Positions 49,736 through 62,945 of a stretch of 64,000 bases of DNA are shown here, in pieces. This stretch comes from Eledone cirrhosa (lineage: Eukaryota). The stretch is taken from contig OZ024746.1 in assembly GCA_964016885.1 (NCBI GenBank), positions 62,001 through 126,000 of the forward strand. Direction: 5' to 3'. Made by a program: the position numbers and the translations under genes. The notes under the pieces are model-generated. The model searched no databases, was not told the DNA's origin, and was given only the letters and a program-made list of their open reading frames with translations. The stretch's first letter is position 1, and each line of letters starts with the position of its first letter.

Positions 49736-49904
49736 CCATCTGGCATCTTGGGTCAGCAGACTGCATCCATACTCACTGTGATGGGGCCAGAGATTGCCAT
49801 ATACAAAATTGAGCCCTGCAAGTTGGACTAACTCTTTCAGTGAATATCCCTCACTATCCTCCGGTGAAACATTCACAATTTTGTCCACTGGGACCAACAT
49901 CCAT
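49736..49904 (-). pseudogene. Putative internal exon of the unidentified gene
   Basis: catcag|A TGG ATG TTG...; WMLVPVDKIVNVSPEDSEGYSLKELVQLAGLNFVYGNLWPHHSEYGCSLLTQDA is open and protein-like; the donor position is ambiguous. Confidence 0.6.
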
Positions 49905-50959
49905 CTGATGTTTTACAAAAGGACAAGAGATGGTAGGATTATCAATAGTGTTTTTACAGTTTTGTTTTGGGTGTTAACTATAAAATTGAGTAATTATTTG
50001 CTCAATAGGTAATAAGATGTAAAGATGAAGCCAAGAAATAGGAAATGCTTTACTTCTCCACAAACATTATTACAGCACTTATTTTCTATTAGTTAGGAAG
50101 AAGGGCAGTAGCCATGACTATTTTCAGGACCAAAAGGTCTTCAAAAATACAAGCTGTAACTGGGTCCTAATTAAAGAATACATAGTGTACTAAATAACAC
50201 TTGGTCAGCATAGTTTTTAACTTGTAAACAGAAAATTCTGAGAAAATACCTTTGGAGAATATCTTATTAGAAAGAATTACAACAAACATTTCTCTTTGTG
50301 GTGTCATCGAGTTATGAATGGAAGCAATGTAGGACTCTACTCAGCCTTGCGAAATATATTCCAACTTCTCTAGTGCTGGTGCCATGATAAAATACACCCA
50401 ATACACTCTGTAAAGCAGTACTGCTGGTTCCACAATAAAATACACCCAATACACTCTGTAAAGGGTAGAACTGGTTCCACAATAAAGTGTATCTAGTACA
50501 CTCTGTAAAGTGGTTGGTGTTAAGAAAGGCATCCAGCTATAGAATCCATGTTAAAATGTGGAACATATGAGTTAGGCAGCTTTCTCCAACTTCTCTTGTT
50601 TGATCCTATGATGATCTATCGAATCCATATTGGCATGAAACCTTTCAGTTTAAAGTTCTAAACAATTTAAAATATTTTAATGTCTATCAGTAGATTTCTC
50701 TCTCTATGAATATCTGATGTTATAACATGTCTTACCAGGCCCAGTATATTATTGGTACATACCGATTTAATGCTGAAAGGAAGAAAGCAAAGTTAACCCA
50801 GGAAGAAGACATTAAGCAAAATACCACAACAGCTAAACTAAATTAAGTGAGACAAACTAATAAATATTGATTTCTCAAACTGACACAAAGCTACAAGTAG
50901 AGGGGGTAATCTATGTAACCTCAGTACACAACAAGATATTTTTGTGCTGACATTCACTC

Positions 50960-51262
50960 TGGCTGGGCTTCATCTGTCTCTATACAACAGTAGCTGTATC
51001 AGTGCCACCCTGGGTAGGTTCATCTGTCTCTATACAACAGTAGCTGTATCAGTGCCCACCCTGGGTAGGTTCAGCGGTCTCTATACAACTGAAGCTATAG
51101 CTGTAACAGTGATTCCTAAGGTTGGGTTAGTTGAGACAGCTTCACACAACAGTAGCTGTAATTATGTCAGTGTTCCACCCGAGTCAATTGAGCAAGCTTC
51201 ACATAACAGTAGTTGTTTCAGTGTACACCCTCGGTCAAATAAGCCAGCCTCACACAATAGTA
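50960..51262. repeat. Degenerate ~50-bp tandem repeat
   Basis: ctgggtaggttcatctgtctctatacaacagtagctgtatcagtgccacc three times, then more diverged units. Confidence 0.75.
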
Positions 51263-51281
51263 TAATATTTATTTTTATTAA

Positions 51282-51497
51282 GGGCGATGGATTGGCAGTA
51301 TCGGTAGAGGGTCGGACGCCATGCTTTGCAGCAGAGAGTTATGGTCCTTTATGGTCCGAGTTCAAATCCTGCCGAGGTTGACTTTGCTTTTCATCCTTAC
51401 TGGGTCGATAAAATAAAGTACCAGTCACATACTGGGTTCGATTTAATTGACTTCCTTCCCCCACAATTACTGGCCTTGTGCTTAAATCAGAAACCAA
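51282..51497 (+). mobile_element. Nin/Deu-domain-like SINE, well-preserved copy
   Basis: A-box-like TGGCAGTATCGG, B box GAGTTCAAATCC, core gccgaggttgactttgcttttcatccttactgggtcgataaaataaagtaccag; flanked by a repeated atttatttttatt (possible TSD). Confidence 0.85.
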
Positions 51498-51715
51498 TAT
51501 TTATTTTTATTCATAGTGAAATGATAATAGGCAAGGCTAGTTCCATCAGGATTTGAACTTACAAGACAAAATTAAATTCTACAAAGCATTAGCTTAGCAT
51601 TCTACAGTTTCTGTTACTCCAAAAATATAATGAAAGCTAAATTAACTAATTTGGTTTTTGAGTTTGTCAGAAGAATTTCCCTCAAATGGAACCTGTTTTT
51701 ATTTGCAATTCTTAC

Positions 51716-53856
51716 AGCACCAAGTTTTATTGCACACAGACACACATGATGTCAAGGAAGGAGGTGGATTCTTAAATTTAGTTATAGCCTTAAACCAGCT
51801 ATTTAAACAACACAAGATATCAAGGAATCGTTTCTCCTTTTTTTTGCTTTAACTAAAAGCTGTTGAAACAACAGGCACAGTAAAAATAATCAATATTTTG
51901 GACACATGAGGAAGTTAAGCAGACAATTCCATGATAATAAAGGTAATACAATAATACTGGTGCCTTTAAAGCAAAGAAGAAAGAAATTTTACAAATCATT
52001 ACAAAAACTGTGAATATGGCCTAATTGATAAATTTGGCAGAAAGGTCTATTGGCAATGCAAGAATAGATTTTCAAACAGAACCATTTTGTGGGTACAAAT
52101 AACTCAATATTTACTCTAATTAACTCTTAACATCCCGTAATAATTGAGCAGAACACATTTTAAAATGAGTTTGATAATTGAAATGTTTATAGTATCTTCA
52201 GTAGCAGACAAATCATTGTGAAAATTTGCAGTAATCAAGGATTTATTTTCTAAAATGATGCAATCATAGTTTTCAAGTGTCTAGCAAATATAGTTTCATA
52301 TGGTGTAGGACGTTAAGATTTAAAAAGGAAATATTAATAAATTAATGGAAGCTGCATGGGTGCACAACCCAGTGACTGTACTGGCATTGTGTACATCAAA
52401 ATGTTACTGTTTAATAGCTTTGAAATGTTGCTGTGCATTAGCTTGAAATTTAAAATATTTTTGATGAAAGCATCAAAAGTTCTGTTCACTGATAGGAAAA
52501 AATTAGAGGACATGGTTGTCCCCACTAATCTTCCTTCAACTCATAATTGATACTGGATAGGCAACAATTCAGTTTTCCATTATATAAAGGAAGCATAGAC
52601 CTACAACTCACAAAAACCTACTCAAGTGAGACAATAAATCTTGGTGCAGAACTAACCAAGTTAAGAACCAGTAAGAAAAATGTTGACTTATGACCAACAC
52701 TAACATTACCATCCCAATACTTTTGTTACATAAGATAAGATTCCACAATTGACATAGAACCTGTAGAAAACCAGATAAATATAAAATTTAATTTCTACAA
52801 AAAACAACAGAAATGAGACTGAATTCATCATCATCATCATCATCACCGTTTTACGTCCGTTCTTCCACGCTAGCATGGGTTAGACGGGTTGTCCTGTTGT
52901 GGGCAGTGTCTGGTCGGCTGACCATGCCTTGCTCATACAGGAACTGATCTGGCTTGTATGTGAATATCATTCAATAACTGAATAAATAAAAATACACCTC
53001 CATCACGGCAGGAAAACAACAGCCATATTAACTGTGTCTATTGATTACAATAATTCACTTGATGCAATATATATTCAAACTATCAACACACCATATCAAA
53101 ATCATAATTTTACCATCCCTTTTCTCCATGTTGCTATGGATTCAATAGAGATGCAGTACAGGATACCACAATAAGCACCACTCCTCTCAATATTATATCA
53201 ATTCATATGTTAACAGACTAATTTGAAAACTAAATTTTCAGTGAGATTCATCATTTTATATAAGCTTTCCATACTAGCATGGGTTGCACAGGGTGCCACG
53301 ACCCAAAACAAGACAGGATATCATGCCTTGCTCCTATGATTCATATTTTGACATGGTTTCTAGACTAGATACTCTTCCTAACTCTAACCCCATTACTGAG
53401 TGGGTTGTATTATGTCCTCTCTGTCCTGTTGTCTCCAACCATTTTACAGACTGTACTGGATACATTTTATCACAGCACCAGTACTACCACTTCACGGGGT
53501 GTACAGAGTGCATTTCATTATGGCTCTAGCACTTTGCAGAGAGTACTGAGTGCATTCCATAAGTCAGTCCAATAAGACATGGTGTTAAACTGTAACCATT
53601 TATTAGATCCAGTAATTTTAAGAAAAACATTTTTATTTCACAATTAAAAGACAAAATGGTTTGTTCATATTCATAGTGCTATATTATAAAATCTAGCTAC
53701 ATATGTTAGAGGGTAGACTTAATCTGTTGTCCAGTTTAACACCACCACTTAGTCCTTGCTTACTTTTAACAGTGTCATCTTTGGTGTATTTGTGTCAGTT
53801 CTTCGGTTTGAGAACACCTCCCTCCCATCAGTCTTTGAAGTCTCCCCAAAAAGAGC
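51716..53856 (-). pseudogene. Three lower-confidence upstream exon candidates (53856-53764, 52552-52408, 51852-51716)
   Basis: AG/GT-bounded segments reading ALFGETSKTDGREVFSNRRTDTNTPKMTLLK; YQL*VEGRLVGTTMSSNFFLSVNRTFDAFIKNILNFKLMHSNISKLLN; and ..KEKRFLDILCCLNSWFKAITKFKNPPPSLTSC (needs a frameshift in an A8 run). Confidence 0.35.
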
Positions 53857-55668
53857 CTATGAGCACTGTACTTACTCCTAAGCAGTAAAAAAGAACAAAA
53901 CATTTGGGGGTGAAAACTACTGTAAATAATAGATTGGTAGAGAGCCAGCTGACATGATTGGAATTCAAATTCTGCTATTATTGATCTAGGTTTTTAATTC
54001 AAGGTGAATTAAGTCCTACAGTTATTGGATCTATCTTCCATCAGAAGAGTTATTCAATAAAAGAAATATCCAGATTGATTGATTTTTACCAGATTCTCAT
54101 ATTTATTAACCATTATGCTGTTACCATATCTTAATAAAAGATACAGCCTATAATTTTCAATTAATTTTGGAAATATTAAAAAATATGGATAAATTTCTCA
54201 TTTATCTGGTGTTTGGAGCACAGTTCTTTACATAAAATTATGGAAGGTTTTTAGATAAATATATACACTTTAAAATATAGTTTTGTATCATTGAACCGGG
54301 GACAGTTTAGTATCATTATATAGGTGTTACGATAAAATGTATCTAGTACACTCTAGAGTGGTAATTAATCATTAGGACAGGCAGCCAGAAAACCATGCCA
54401 AATATGGAATGTATGAAAAGATGGATTGATCCAAACTATGACAACTTGTCCAACCCATGCCAGTATAGGAAACGGACGTAAAATGCTAATATTTATATAA
54501 AACGACTAAAATAGTGTCGTCTGCCAGTTTCCTCATTTGATATTCAAGTTAATAAAACAAATCAATATTACAATTTTATAAGTGAAAAGTATATTCTTAA
54601 ACTGAATGTTGTTTCTTCATGCATTGATTATGGTGAAATCGATAACTCTAGTGAAAATTATTTGGATGTTCCCCCACTACATTATTATATAAAAATTAAA
54701 TATAGATAATTTCTTGTAAATAAACATGTATAATTACAGTGTAATTCACCCACCCTCCATTTTATTTCCTCATAACCTTAATAAAGCATGTTTTAATGAA
54801 AATTTGTAGTTATGTTTTCGAAGGTATAGATTACACAATCACCTCACCAAATTCGTAGTTGAAAAATATAATGGAAAAAAAAGTCCCGAATTTACGTTTA
54901 ACTTATAACAAATACAGACAGGAAATAATCGAAAACCTCAACGAATGCAAGTATACAATAATGAAAGTAGTGTTCCTGTCTCCAGTGTAGACACCCCTTC
55001 TTTTAAATTTCATCAGTAAAATCATTTATACTTAGGAACAGGTATCCTTGTAAAATGTCATTAAAAATTATTCATAATTAAGAAAGTTTTGAGGGAAAAC
55101 ATCAGAGTGAGAGGAAAGGTCATTAATTTGTACTTTTGCCAGGAAATACTAGAGTAAAACCAACAAAAGAATATTTCTACATTTACTTTACAGGCGATGT
55201 TTGCTATGGGCAATCGAATAATTCGATAAGACAATCACTAAACCAATCAAAATATATTCTAAAATCTATCAAACGAAAATAGCGATTACCATCCTTTTGT
55301 GTTGACTGATAGAACATCTTTCTGTGCTAATTACTAAATCTAATAAAAACCATGTATCATCTATAAATGAACAGTTCAATAGTTTTATTGGGAGGTGCAG
55401 ACAAAGAGAGAAAGTATCGACGAAAATCAATATCTTACAAGTATAAGGTTAGTTACTATTGCAATGAATAATTAATAACAAAAGACCTCTTTACATAGAG
55501 ATAGAAGGGGAAAAAAGATTTATCGCTATTAAGAGATCAACAGCTGTCTAACATTATATAATACATATATAGTTTAACTGAACTGAATTTTACACGACAC
55601 AGATTTCGCGTCACAGCGATCTTCATATATATATAAATAAATATATATGTATATAACGAAGAAAGTGT

Positions 55669-56080
55669 GGTAAGGAACCAGGTGGACCATAACACACCAG
55701 AATACTAGATACTTAGAGTAGTAGAGTGGGTAATAGGAAAAGAGTCAGGACCCCGACCGCTGAGCTCCGGCCGTTACGACAGCTAGATCCAAACAGTTCG
55801 GATTTAGCTGTCGAAACGACCGGAGCTCAGCCGTCGGGGTCCTGACTCTTTTCCTATTACCCACAAATATAAAGACTAAAATCCAAAGAGAGATCGATAA
55901 GGATAAATATATATCAAATATATAAGAACCCTAGAGCAAATATTTATTAAAATAACAGATTAAAGTTTAAGCAAAGAATCGCTGCTTTCACCCTTAACGG
56001 GATCTTCTGTTAAGGGTGAAAGCAGCCATTCTTGCTTAAACTTTAACCTGTTATTTTAATAAATAATCATTATATTATAT

Positions 56081-56119
<39 letters not shown>

Positions 56120-56304
56120 TTTATATATATAAATATAGGAAAATAGTCAGCGGCCGTTTCGACAGCTAGATCGGAACGCGGTTCGGATCTAGCTGTCGAA
56201 ACGGCCGGAGCTCAGCCGTCGGAGTCCTGACTTTTCCTATTACCCAGTCTACTACCCTAAGTATCGAGTACTCTGGTGCGTTGTGGTCCATCTGGTTCCT
56301 TACC
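55669..56304. mobile_element. Foldback-type non-autonomous element with long TIRs and three internal hairpins
   Basis: GGTAAGGAACCAGGTGGACCA... / ...TGGTCCATCTGGTTCCTTACC; hairpins at 55726-55864, 55941-56065 and 56151-56207. Confidence 0.8.
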
Positions 56305-59300
56305 GTGTGTGTGTGCGTGTGTGTTATGTATATATATAACATAGAAATGGCTTCTACTGGACTAGAACTGTTTCATTCGGAGGAAATCATCAGTACTATC
56401 CTCATCTGCTGTCTTCCCAGTCTCCGAATTGTGAACAATTCAAATATGTATATATATATATATTCTCGCAGATGTTCATTCAATTCCTGGTGGACGATAT
56501 GAGAGTATTTAGTAGAAGCGGACTTGAAACTGTAATTATCTTGGTAAAGTGATTTAGAAGATTCAGCACATACTTTTTTTTATCTAAATTCTCCAGCCTT
56601 ATCTTTACATCTGCACCGTTGGTTGGATAGATAAACACTCATGATCGACTATATATGCTGTCTTATCAATAGACCCTTAATAAAATTGATAAAGTATTAT
56701 TTAAACTTATCTATAATAAATTATTCCCCAGACATGTCAAACAACCTCTAGGAACCTTTTCATTTTGACTGCTATGTTTAGTATGTGGAGAAGCATGTAG
56801 CGGCTCCCTTTTTTAGTTCGTAGGAAATAGCAATAAGATTTTAGTATTTTTTTTTTTAACACTTGAAATAATGATTCCGCAAAAAAAGATTTTTCAAAAT
56901 ACCATTTATTTCCCCAACTCCCTTCTGCTATTTCCCACGAACTAACAAAGAAGTCTTTCGCCGTACTAGTCATTTTTTTTGAGAGGGGGGGGGGGGGGGC
57001 AGAAGCGTAAATTTGTTGGGAACATACACACGTGGAACATACACACATACACACAAAATGAAATAAAAGATTGTTTCCATTTACATTGGGTATTCATTGT
57101 GAAACTTCACCAAAAACTATGCATTCCTACTGGAGTAGTTGAAAAAAATAGTTTTAATTAAAAGTCTTCTGTCATCTTTGAGGAATGCTGCTGACATAGA
57201 TGTTCTCTCTCAGCCCGACCCCTGGCTCATACTTTATTATTCCTTCAATCTGAATATTTCGGTGAATGCCACCGTCATCTGGTATTCCACTCCTAACAAA
57301 CCACACAGCATATGACACCGCGCACATTCAAATTTGGAAAACTCCGCTTTAGAAATTAATAAAATCTATGATTATTTCATTATCGACTACAGAATAATAG
57401 CTTACGATTGATTTTTTTTTTAAATTGATATTTTTTTTATTTACATATTTTCAATATATAAATGTTAAATGGGTTTGATTAAGAAAACCTCTCATCAAAA
57501 ACGGTCTAACTATGACCATCCCATCATTATTTGAACAATGTATCTAGCATCGCATTACAATAATGTCTCTTTTTTTTATTTTTAAGGCAGTAGACTTGAG
57601 TAGGTCGAGCGACGGCATAGACAGATTCCCTCGTTTATTGAGTGGGTGTATAATATAGGTGTGTGTCTGTCCGTGTGTCAGTGCGAAAACCGTATACACA
57701 ATGTAAATATTAGAATAAAATAAAGCTAGATTTCATAATCATTTGAGTCAACAAGTGAAGGGGAGAAGAAAAAAACCGAATCACCGTCGGTAAAGATATA
57801 AGATACACGAAAGACTGACTTTATATAGTAAAGATGACTAGTGAGAAATAATGTCTTTAGTTTGTCACAAGTAAGTAGGCGTTAATTGTATAGCGGCTTC
57901 AATTATAATAGGATTAAGTAAATGAAAGAGAAAATACCCTGCCGATCATTTATTTTCATTATATTTTAAACACTATTATACTTAAAGCCGAGTCTTTATA
58001 GTAATTCAGGCGAATCTATAGAATGTAACAAGTTCTGGCGAACATTAACTCATGTATGAGTTGATGTCATCAACAACCGAAACTTGAACGACTGAAGCCG
58101 AGAAGAAATTACGAATAAAATTAAATATTGAAATTAAAATCAAATATAATAAAAGACATGTGTGATTCTCCAGTGAATAAATGGAAGTTAAAAAATGACA
58201 TAATTGGAAATACAAATTAATGAAATGATGTGATGAAGGGGAGTGGTTATTCTTTAAAAATAAACGACAGAAGAAAATGGTGGACATTTTATTATATTTG
58301 GATATGTAATTTATGTGATAACTGAAATAATTGTATCTCGCTTCCCTTCACTATATATATATTGGCAACAAATGGTTTACTGTGAGAGAAGCCGATGTGT
58401 AAGGCCATCACTCACAGAACGGTCAACTATTTTTCAACAGATTATGAAGACAATACTTAAAATATAAAGCAAATCATTTTTGTTACATCACTACGGGAGG
58501 GAATCGTTATAATGATAAACAATCAATCTATTATACTACTGTACATGTGAATTACTGAATTAGAGATATTTATTAAGGTAATTTTAAATTAAAAGTAAAT
58601 GTCCACTTACTATTCATTTATAAGCATCTTAAGAACCTTTTTTTTTTTCAGCCTTGACAGTTTTCTACCGTTGATTCAGCCGGGATATAAATCAATGACG
58701 TCATTAGCTAGTTCTCTGCACAGTATTTAATACTCTTATTCATTCATTAATAACAAAGAGAAATTCCCACAGTAATATCTGAAATATAACATATTTTTAA
58801 CTTCCCTAATAATATACAATTTTGTTTTAATCTTAATGCTTTCTTTTATTAACAAAAATCTATTATTTTTTTAATTGCCAACATAAAATTATATTTTTAT
58901 TCATTACTACAAACAATGTTCTCCGTGTTATTTACTGCTGTCTTGTTGTCTCTATTTTTTTTCTCTCTCCAAGAACTGTGGCACTATTTCAACATTATTT
59001 CTATTTCTTTTATCTTGTTTCTCTTTTAAAATTATTTATTTACCGAAATTAATCTATTTGGCAGCGATATTTTTTTATAATCTCATTATTTTATTGTAAA
59101 TTTTTTAGCAAGAAATAGCAATGCTGTATTCAGCTAAATCTAACTATTTTACCATTCTTAGCATTTGTAAAAATGAGGGGGGATTTTTTTTCTACTATTC
59201 CTTTCTTTTTCCCAACGATAACTACTCCACCTTAAAATACAATCATACATATTTTCTGGTGAAGAATGAAATATATAAAACAGTTGTTTTGTTATTGTCT

Positions 59301-60419
59301 TATGGGTTAAAAGGGTGGTTTAAGGGAAACGAGGAATGCTGAATGTTGCAGTATTAAAACAATGCTGTAATTATTTAGCCACCTTTATCTCAACTATGTA
59401 ACTGAAATACACTTTGTTTTTGTTTCGTTTTGTTTATAAAGATTGTCATTATTTCTGGCACCACGCTTTTATTTTTTTATTTTTTACATTATATTCATAA
59501 TAATCAGCATTTAATTCCATTCTCCATCCTATCTGATAAGCCTAAAGTTCTCGAGTATCACTTCTACAAAAAACACCATCTTCTATCGACTGCTGCATGT
59601 ATTCTCAGTACACCACCTATATACAACTTGATACTCTCTCTCAGCAATCACTATATATTCACAAACCAAAACAAAAAAAAATAATAAATTCTCAGGGTCA
59701 GACAAACATGAAATTAAAGCTTGAGTTATTGTGTGTATCTAGTTAGAATAGGTACATTGCATCCCTGTATGTCGTAAGAAGTGACTAAAAAGGCTGGTGC
59801 CAAGAAGTCCGATCCCAAAAGGACACACATGAGGAGTAATGAATGCTATCCTGAGGGCTCAAAGATAGCTATGTGATTAAGAAATTTGCTTTGTAGTTAC
59901 ATGGTTTCAGGGTCAATCCCACTGTGTTGCAGACTAAATTTATTGCCTAGATTAACACTCCTACCTTGGGCTTTTGGCACCTTTAGCAAAGTCTAGTATT
60001 CTGCAAGCATTCAGGCAAGGTTTCTTGTCTGAATATAACTTCCAAAACAAGTACTCCACTCCCTTCCATCAGTCTCTGAGACTCTGAAAAGGGTCATGAA
60101 TACAGCCCTTCCTCCTGTGGCTAACCTACAAAAGTGACTGCTCTTTTAGCATAGAACACTGGCAAATATCCTATATTTCTGGCATGTTATAGATTTCTCT
60201 GCTAAGTTCATCCACTTCTGCCAAGTCTGTTGTTTGTCTTTTATGATCTGATACATCCATAGACTTAACCGGTGGTTTGCAATAAGTCTTCACTAACAAT
60301 GCTTATCTATTCACTATACTACAGAGATTCTTTATGTGCTTGATTATAAGAACTTAATCTCTTGATATCAACCTTCTTCTTTGTCCACTTATTCCTGAAA
60401 GGGTCATGGGGTCAGAGTC

Positions 60420-60715
60420 CTCAAACACTCCTTCTAGCAGGTCCTGTCAAAGCAACCATCTCCAATTGACACAAGCTGAGTTCTTGCATGTTATCAAACT
60501 ATCTTACTTGGGGTCTACACATGGGTTTCCTGCCAGTTGGAATTACCCATAAAATCTGTCAAGTGATTCTTTCGTGAGACATTCTAGCCACATGCCCATA
60601 GTATCAGAGCGTTTGTCTCTCAATTTGGAGAAGAGAAGTAGTGGATCTACCTGGAGTGACTCTGATCTCCGGGCTATGCACTCTATCAAACAACGTTATT
60701 ACTGCAAAGACCCTA
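60420..60715 (-). mobile_element. Highly decayed RTE-like LINE 3' fragment
   Basis: Minus strand reads RYYGHVARMS...W, followed by a GR(P)..W-like segment. Confidence 0.45.
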
Positions 60716-62169
60716 AAGTGATTAAGTTCTAATAATGAAGTACAAATCCCCAACCTAATTTTATAATGGAAAGTCTATGATTTGAAATTGTTCATATTTA
60801 CATAAAAAGCCCCTACCATAATTTTCTGAGGAACTTTTGTTATGTAACAAACACTAGCTTAATATAATAAGAAAAAAGTTATAATGATGCTGGTTACAGT
60901 AACAGTCATGTTGCTTATCAATAATGCTTTCTTTATTTTACATCTATCATTCACCCATTGATGGAAATGGTTTTTAAGGGCTAGATGTAAACTAAGGTAT
61001 GTAAGGCGGAGGTTGGGATGGAGGGGGTTAATAATATCAGTCCCTTCTCTAGGAGAAATTGAAAAGGAGGAGAATACCACCCATACATGAATATTACCAC
61101 CCCCATTTCCATCCTTGAGTTTACCCTAATTTTGCTGACTATATTATCTAGCCACTAATCTTCTCAATATATGCCACACCTTCCAATATCAATAATTATT
61201 TCAGTGTTGGTGCCACAGTAAAATGTACCCAGTATACTTTAAAATGTGGTGGTGGTGGTGTAACAAAAAACTCACCTAGTATGCCTTATAAGATGGTTAG
61301 CATTAGGAAGATCCTTCAGCCATAAAAGTCATACCAAATATGGAATATATGAACAAGATAAAGTCGCTCCTCCTCATCCAGACCATGACAATCCTATGTC
61401 AGCATGGAAAGTGAACATAAAATGGTGATGGTGATGATGATGATCTCAAAACATGTATAGCCATTTTCTGTGGTCATTCTGATAGATGTGTGGATTAATG
61501 ACCTAATGTCCATAAAAACTCCACAGGTGAGTGATTATTGCTAAGAGCCACAGTTGTTCCAACATGTAAATAGCCATAAAAAATCTATTCTCATAATTTT
61601 TCTTTACATCCATATTTAACAATGATTTCTACTATAAGCACAAGGCCAGCAATTTTGGGAGAGAGGAAAGTTGATTAAATCAACCACAATGCATTACTGG
61701 TACCTTATTATATTGACCCTGTAAGGATGAAAGGCAAAGCTAACCTTGGTGGAATTTGAACTCAGAGCATAAAGGGCTGTAACTGTATTCCACGAAGCAT
61801 AGTGTCTGACACTCTATTGATGGTGCCAATCCACCGCCCACCATGCTTCCATATTTAATAAGGAGAACATTAGTTCATCTTCATTGGTTTTACGTCCGCT
61901 TTTCCATGCTTGCATGGCTTGGACATTATAGTTAGTAATGAAAACCTTATATTATTAAATCCTTCCAAATTCTTTTCAAAATATTTTCCAAATATTTTCA
62001 AAATTATTTGAAATAGGGTAATGAAAGGGTTAAAATGCTTATATTCATCATAATTCTATGTAAGGATCTTTATATTCTAAACACCAGGCTAATAACGTTA
62101 AGGTTAGTTATATAACTAAATCCTCCAAATTTTTTATTATTTTCAAATGTTTTGAAGATCATTAGCAAA

Positions 62170-62440
62170 TGTTTTTCATAAGCAATATGGTAATGGATGG
62201 GTTAAAGACATAGGTAGTGTCTTTCATTAGAAATATGGTAATGAAAGGGTTAAAGACATAGGGAGTATCTTTCATTAGAAATATGGTAATGAAAGGGTTA
62301 ATGACATAGGTAGTCTCTTTCATTAGAAATATGGTAATGAAAGGGTTAATGACATAGACAGTGTCTTTCATTAGAAATATGGTAATGAAAGAGTTAAAGA
62401 CATAGACAGTGTTTTTCATTAGAAATATGGTCATGAAAGT
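62170..62440. repeat. Tandem array, about 5 units of 51 bp, derived from the piggyBac-like MITE end
   Basis: Unit gtctttcattagaaatatggtaatgaaagggTTAAagacataggta. Confidence 0.9.
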
Positions 62441-62516
62441 CATCTAAAGAGATTAGAAAATAGGCAGCGGAAAGCTGGATTTGCTGAATCAAAACATTGG
62501 CCAAGAGCCAAATATT

Positions 62517-62945
62517 CTCAGACTCAGACTCAGAAGCTCCCGCGTCTTGCGAGGCATGAGGCAATCATAGTGTTCCATCGCGTTCGGTCAGCAGCCAGTT
62601 GCACAGCGTCCCGCCATTGTCTGTTTGTCGCTCGCAGGTCCCTCTCAACTGTCTGACGCCAGTTCATTTTGGGTTGCCCTCTCCGTCTGCTTCCCTGCGG
62701 GCTCCATTTAAGTACTTGGTTCGCCAGTCTATCCGGGGGAAGTCTCAAAGCGTGTCCAAACCAGCCCAGGCGTCGCTTGCAGATGGTAGAAGAGACTAGC
62801 TGCTGGTTGGTGCGGTTTCTGACTTCCTGGTGTGTTACATGGTCACTCCATTTAATCCCCAGGATCTTTCGCAGACATCTGGAATCGAATGCGTCCAACT
62901 TCTTCTCTTGTATGGAAGTGAAACATGGCACCTTAAGACCAGCCA
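62517..62945 (-). mobile_element. 3' fragment of a second RTE family (BovB-like) with a (CTGAGT)n tail
   Basis: ORF 62530-62964 KLDAFDSRCLRKILGIKWSDHVT...RRLGWFGHALR...WSPQGSRRRGQPKMNWR; tail ctgagtctgagtctgag. Confidence 0.9.

Noticed and set aside
55150-55355. First exons of the decayed gene
   Set aside because: Several AG/GT-bounded short segments exist, but no consistent frame could be built.
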